The notes beneath the pieces were generated by a model that saw only the letters and a program-made list of their open reading frames with translations, was not told the DNA's origin and did not search any database. A stretch of DNA of 8,450 bases, from assembly GCA_030649345.1 (NCBI GenBank), contig JAUSKK010000047.1, positions 1-8,450 of the forward strand, read 5' to 3'. Of the stretch, positions 5,310 to 8,450 are shown piece by piece. This DNA is from Candidatus Iainarchaeum sp. Its GTDB lineage: Archaea; Iainarchaeota; Iainarchaeia; Iainarchaeales; 0-14-0-20-34-12. Positions within the stretch are counted from its first letter, which is position 1, and each line of letters opens with the position of its first letter. The position numbers and the translations under genes were made by a program.

Positions 5310-5933
5310 CTATTTTGCATAATTGGTTGTTTGGAATATGAAAGGAATGTTTGATTTTTTGGTTTCTTTAAAATCCAAACTTTTAAGTATTTTTATAAAT
5401 TCACGAGCTGAACTTTCCATTTGCAGTTTTTGATCTAAACGAAAAATATATTCTTTTTTAGGCATACGAATGGCTGTAAAAATGGTTGAAAGTTTTCCTT
5501 TTTTTGAATAAAGATTTATTTTTATTAATTTAATTTGGGCATTTTTTAAATCATGGACTTCTTCTAAAATTTCTTTGTCTTTGTATACAGTCAGCTTGTT
5601 TTTTTCCAATTCAAAATAGGTTTGTTTATTCGAACGAAATAATAAATACGTATGATAATTTAGAAAAAAAAGAATTAACAATAAAATCAATGCAAACGGA
5701 ATTCCTATGATTGGAAAAGATCCTTCGCCTGCACCATTTAGTTGGGATATGATTTGTCCATGTTCAAAATCTATGGTTGTTCTTCCTCCCAGTATGGGTT
5801 CTACATCAAGCCAAAAAAGTATTCCGGCTATAAAAATACTTATAATAAAAAGGATTAGACTCGTAGCTTTATCTAAGTCACTAATAAATGCATTCTGGTT
5901 TCCGATATACTTTGTTTTTTCCATGTTTTTCAT
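5310..5933 (-). CDS. Hypothetical membrane protein (2 predicted TM helices + ~110-aa cytoplasmic Lys-rich domain)
   Basis: The ORF track starts at a TTG (5943-5945). I prefer the ATG at 5931-5933 (MKNMEKT...). Hydrophobic segments are SLILFIISIFIAGILFWL and FPIIGIPFALILLLILFFLNY. No motif recognised. Confidence 0.65.
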   Translation of the reverse strand: MKNMEKTKYIGNQNAFISDLDKATSLILFIISIFIAGILFWLDVEPILGGRTTIDFEHGQIISQLNGAGEGSFPIIGIPFALILLLILFFLNYHTYLLFRSNKQTYFELEKNKLTVYKDKEILEEVHDLKNAQIKLIKINLYSKKGKLSTIFTAIRMPKKEYIFRLDQKLQMESSAREFIKILKSLDFKETKKSNIPFIFQTTNYAK

Positions 5934-6013
5934 GATTAATCCCAATCAATACAAATGGCATTTATTTAAACTTTTGTTTGCTGGCATTGGTATTAAATAA
6001 AGGCTGGCATTTT

Positions 6014-6688
6014 ATGAATATGATTGGTTTGTCTTTTGAAAAGTTTTTTTCTCCAAAGTATTTTGTCTCTTTTTTTTACTTCTTTATTGGACTGTTTGTT
6101 TTAATTGCTGGATCTATTGAAACTCCGTACACTATTTTCTTTCAAAAGTTTTTTACTCAAACCTATTTAGATAACTTGTTTTTAAGCCTCATTATTGTTT
6201 CGTTTGCTTGGATTGTTTTGTCTTTAATTGTTTTAATTTTTTCATTCGAAAAATGGATTCAAAAACCGGTTAAAGTTTTACAATTTTTAATCAATGGATT
6301 TGTTTTCGCCTGGATGGCCGTCAGTTTTATTCCTTTTTTGTCTAAACTTTGGGAACAATTTTTCTTCATCTTTTTTATTGGAAGTCTTGCAGTAATGTTT
6401 TTGGGTTTTTTTGTTTTCATAATTCCTAAGGCTTTGTTTCGAAAAAAAGGATCTTTAATTGGAAAACAAAAAAATAAACTTGTAAAAGAAGAATTATCAG
6501 TACATAATTCAATTATTAAAATTTTTTTAATTGGTTTAATAAAATTTGGTTTAGTGTTTGTTTTAACCTTTGGCGTTTTGATTCACTTTGCTGGAACAGT
6601 TTCTCAAATGGCTGCTGGTTTGTTTATTGCATTTGCATTAATAAATTACATTAGTGTTTATGGCTTATCTAAAATTAGTTTGAATTAA
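6014..6688 (+). CDS. Hypothetical polytopic membrane protein (~6 TM)
   Basis: The ORF track starts at a TTG (5978). ATG codons at 6014 and 6020 are better placed relative to the TATA-like TATTAAATAA (5991-6000). About six long Phe/Ile/Leu-rich segments. No motif recognised. Confidence 0.65.
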   Translation: MNMIGLSFEKFFSPKYFVSFFYFFIGLFVLIAGSIETPYTIFFQKFFTQTYLDNLFLSLIIVSFAWIVLSLIVLIFSFEKWIQKPVKVLQFLINGFVFAWMAVSFIPFLSKLWEQFFFIFFIGSLAVMFLGFFVFIIPKALFRKKGSLIGKQKNKLVKEELSVHNSIIKIFLIGLIKFGLVFVLTFGVLIHFAGTVSQMAAGLFIAFALINYISVYGLSKISLN

Positions 6689-6693
6689 CTTAA

Positions 6694-7164
6694 TTACTTT
6701 AAATTGGTTAAAGGCCCTACTTTGTCTGCAATCATTTTGGCTTCCACATAGTTGGCTATAATTAATCCAACCATTAAGACAATGAAGCTTAAGCCTGCTC
6801 CAAAAATAGAAAATACGGCTGCAAATAATCCGCCTAATACTACGTTTACAATTAAAGAAATTCCAAACATTTTCATAAACAATGTTTTGAAGGGAAATTT
6901 ATCGTAGAACTTTACGACAACGACTGCTAAGATTGCTCCAGAAATAGCTTGCTGGATTACGCCTTGAAACAATGCTCCAAAATTAAATCCGAGTCCATAG
7001 CCGCCGTACATCATTAAAGCACCGCCCCAAAAGGCCATAGTGCTGACAAATCCTGCAATGTAAGTAATGACTCCAGCTACTGCTCCGGCAATAGCTCCAA
7101 TTTTTACAATTTCATAAAAAGTGTCTTTTTTTAATCCTAAAATATCTTCACTGGATTCAACCAT
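6694..7164 (-). CDS. Hypothetical small Gly/Ala-rich membrane protein (~4 TM)
   Basis: ATG at 7162-7164. Small-xxx-small-rich helices (GAIAGAVAGVITYIAG, GGALMMYGGYGLGFNFG, GGLFAAVFSIFGAGLS). A TATA-like box at 7187-7195 lies 27 nt upstream. Confidence 0.7.
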   Translation of the reverse strand: MVESSEDILGLKKDTFYEIVKIGAIAGAVAGVITYIAGFVSTMAFWGGALMMYGGYGLGFNFGALFQGVIQQAISGAILAVVVVKFYDKFPFKTLFMKMFGISLIVNVVLGGLFAAVFSIFGAGLSFIVLMVGLIIANYVEAKMIADKVGPLTNLK

Positions 7165-7186
7165 ATTTATCTAAAGAATTAAGTTG

Positions 7187-7195
7187 TATTTAAAT
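7187..7195 (-). promoter_or_regulatory. TATA-like box for 6694..7164
   Basis: Minus strand ATTTAAATA, centred 27 nt upstream of the ATG at 7164. Confidence 0.45.
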
Positions 7196-7212
7196 CTTTC
7201 TTTAGCGGAATG

Positions 7213-7220
7213 TTTAAATT
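7213..7220 (+). promoter_or_regulatory. TATA-like box for 7243..7461
   Basis: TTTAAATT, centred about 27 nt upstream of the ATG at 7243. Confidence 0.45.
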
Positions 7221-7242
7221 GTTTTGATGTATAAATAGAATT

Positions 7243-7461
7243 ATGGGTATTTTAGATAGTTTGAATAAAGTTTTAGATCGAGTAGACAAAACTACTGGAA
7301 CTGCGGATCGTACGTTTCGTTCGGCAGATCGAGCAAATCAAATGGCTAAAAAAGTTGGAGATCTTGTGAATCCCAACTGCAAATATTGCAAAGTTGAATT
7401 GAAAACAGATCCAGAAAAAAAGAAAGGCATTTGCATGAATTGTGCTTTAGCTCGTGCTTAA
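7243..7461 (+). CDS. Small zinc-ribbon protein (72 aa)
   Basis: C-terminal CKYC-x15-CMNC (four Cys, zinc-ribbon spacing) after a ~45-aa polar, probably helical N-terminus. It has its own TATA-like box at -27. It is short, so coding status is less certain. Confidence 0.6.
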   Translation: MGILDSLNKVLDRVDKTTGTADRTFRSADRANQMAKKVGDLVNPNCKYCKVELKTDPEKKKGICMNCALARA

Positions 7462-8327
7462 TTATTTTTATTTTTCCATTTCTGATATAACACTGCGTTT
7501 CCAAATGTAATCCAAAAGCCCAACAAAAATAACCAAAGCAAACTTAGGCTGTTAATTAAAAGATAGCACAAGCCTAGGAATCCAAATCCAATGAATCCAG
7601 TGATTTGTTTTAGTTTGCTGGTTCTATGTTCTAGTTTGAATTTGTAAAATAAAAAGAATCCAGTATAAAATCCAAAAATAGCAAACGTTAATTTATTAAT
7701 TCCCAAATAATACAAAAATAATAAGCATACAAAAACAACGGCCAGCACTGTTTGAGTTTTCCAGGAATTGAAATGAATTTGTTTTTCTTTAATTTCAAAA
7801 ACCAGCCAAGTATTGAATTGAGCAATTCCTAAACCCAATAACAATCCAAGTACTATGTCGCTGAAATAATGCCAGCCTAAATACATTCGAGCCAAACTTA
7901 CAATCAATACGGCTAATACTAAAAGGATTTTGAAATGTTTTTTTACTTTCAAAAACCAATATCCTGCAATGCCTGCAATCAAGGTTGCGTGCCCGGAAGG
8001 AAAACTATAACCATACGAACTGGCTTTTTCAAATAACTCTTGCAAGGCTTCTTGGGTTACAGTAAATTGGTTTGAATCCGGTCTAGGTCTTTGAAAAAAT
8101 TCTTTTAATCCATTGGAAACCAAAGCACTAAAGACCACCAAGTTCATGGTTAGTACTGCTTGGGTTTCTTTTCCATTCCAGTACAAAAAAGCAGAAACCA
8201 TAATCCAGAAAATTGGATTGCCCAATAAACTTAGTGCTTGAAAAATATAGGTAAGAATAGGTTGTTGAATGGTTTGAAAAAAATTCAGAATAGAAACATC
8301 GAATGCTTGAATAAATGAAAAATCCAT
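7458..8327 (-). CDS. PAP2-family (type 2 phosphatidic acid / polyprenyl-diphosphate) phosphatase with a C-terminal multi-TM extension
   Basis: All three PAP2 motifs are present in order: KEFFQRPRP (K-x6-RP), PSGH, and ARMYLGWHYFSD (R-x5-H-x3-D, with Ala in place of the usual Ser before Arg). A further ~100 aa holds 3-4 hydrophobic helices after the catalytic core. ATG at 8325-8327. Confidence 0.9.
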   Translation of the reverse strand: MDFSFIQAFDVSILNFFQTIQQPILTYIFQALSLLGNPIFWIMVSAFLYWNGKETQAVLTMNLVVFSALVSNGLKEFFQRPRPDSNQFTVTQEALQELFEKASSYGYSFPSGHATLIAGIAGYWFLKVKKHFKILLVLAVLIVSLARMYLGWHYFSDIVLGLLLGLGIAQFNTWLVFEIKEKQIHFNSWKTQTVLAVVFVCLLFLYYLGINKLTFAIFGFYTGFFLFYKFKLEHRTSKLKQITGFIGFGFLGLCYLLINSLSLLWLFLLGFWITFGNAVLYQKWKNKNN

Positions 8328-8338
8328 AAAAAAATTCG

Positions 8339-8450
8339 CTAATCAGTTTCTTCCTTCTTTTTATTTGCTTCTTTTTCTTTCTCTTCCTTTTTTTTATTTG
8401 CTTTCATCACTCGTTTCATTCCAGGAATTGCAATCTGAGAATAATCAATG
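8339..8450 (-). CDS. 3' end of a gene running off the window (Lys/Glu-rich tail)
   Basis: A minus-strand frame is open from the window edge: ...IDYSQIAIPGMKRVMKANKKKEEKEKEANKKKEETD, then TAG at 8339-8341. This is 11 nt upstream of the PAP2 ATG, and the PAP2 gene has no TATA-like box of its own, so co-transcription is possible. Only 36 codons are visible. Confidence 0.3.
   Translation of the reverse strand, partial: IDYSQIAIPGMKRVMKANKKKEEKEKEANKKKEETD

Noticed and set aside
4893-6000. Plus-strand ORFs 4893..5093 and 5707..6000
   Set aside because: They are antisense shadows of the 4280..5251 and 5310..5933 genes. The 5707..6000 ORF would also run through the divergent promoter region.
1-8450. 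Bacterial (e.g. candidate phyla radiation) origin, suggested by the lipobox signals and the PAP2 and YhbQ-like genes
   Set aside because: The tRNA-Tyr has C1-G72, a short variable arm and a 37/38 intron. Promoter-like boxes sit at -26 from start codons with no Shine-Dalgarno spacing. Both points favour an archaeon. Still, this is inference from a single tRNA and motif spacing.

Overview
This is a visibly AT-rich, tightly packed window with 10 complete ORFs, one partial ORF and one tRNA. I read it as a fragment of a low-GC, small-genome archaeon; the DPANN-like placement is my inference only. Two observations support an archaeal origin. First, the single RNA gene is a tRNA-Tyr(GUA) with the archaeal/eukaryal identity set (C1-G72, A73, 5-nt variable loop), interrupted at 37/38 by a 151-nt intron. 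Second, most genes carry an A/T-rich TATA-like box centred about 26 nt upstream of the start codon, which is leaderless-type geometry. Four genes encode secreted proteins whose signal peptide ends in a lipobox-like G-C-T-(Q/D). These are a DUF4352-like protein, a PEGA-like protein, and a divergently transcribed pair of large modular surface proteins. The pair shares an N-terminal two-Cys domain but carries different C-terminal modules: PTDTN repeats + Cys-rich module + CBM-like jelly roll in one, S/T/D/N linker + two FN3-like domains in the other. The remaining genes are a stand-alone 91-aa GIY-YIG (YhbQ/UPF0213-like) protein, three membrane proteins with no motif I recognise, a 72-aa zinc-ribbon protein and a PAP2-family phosphatase. 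I see no CRISPR array, transposase, integrase, toxin-antitoxin pair or recognisable defence operon. The most unusual items are the very long structured tRNA intron (with atypical elbow nucleotides and flank/intron repeats) and the paralogous surface-lipoprotein pair. All family assignments come from motif recall, not from searches.
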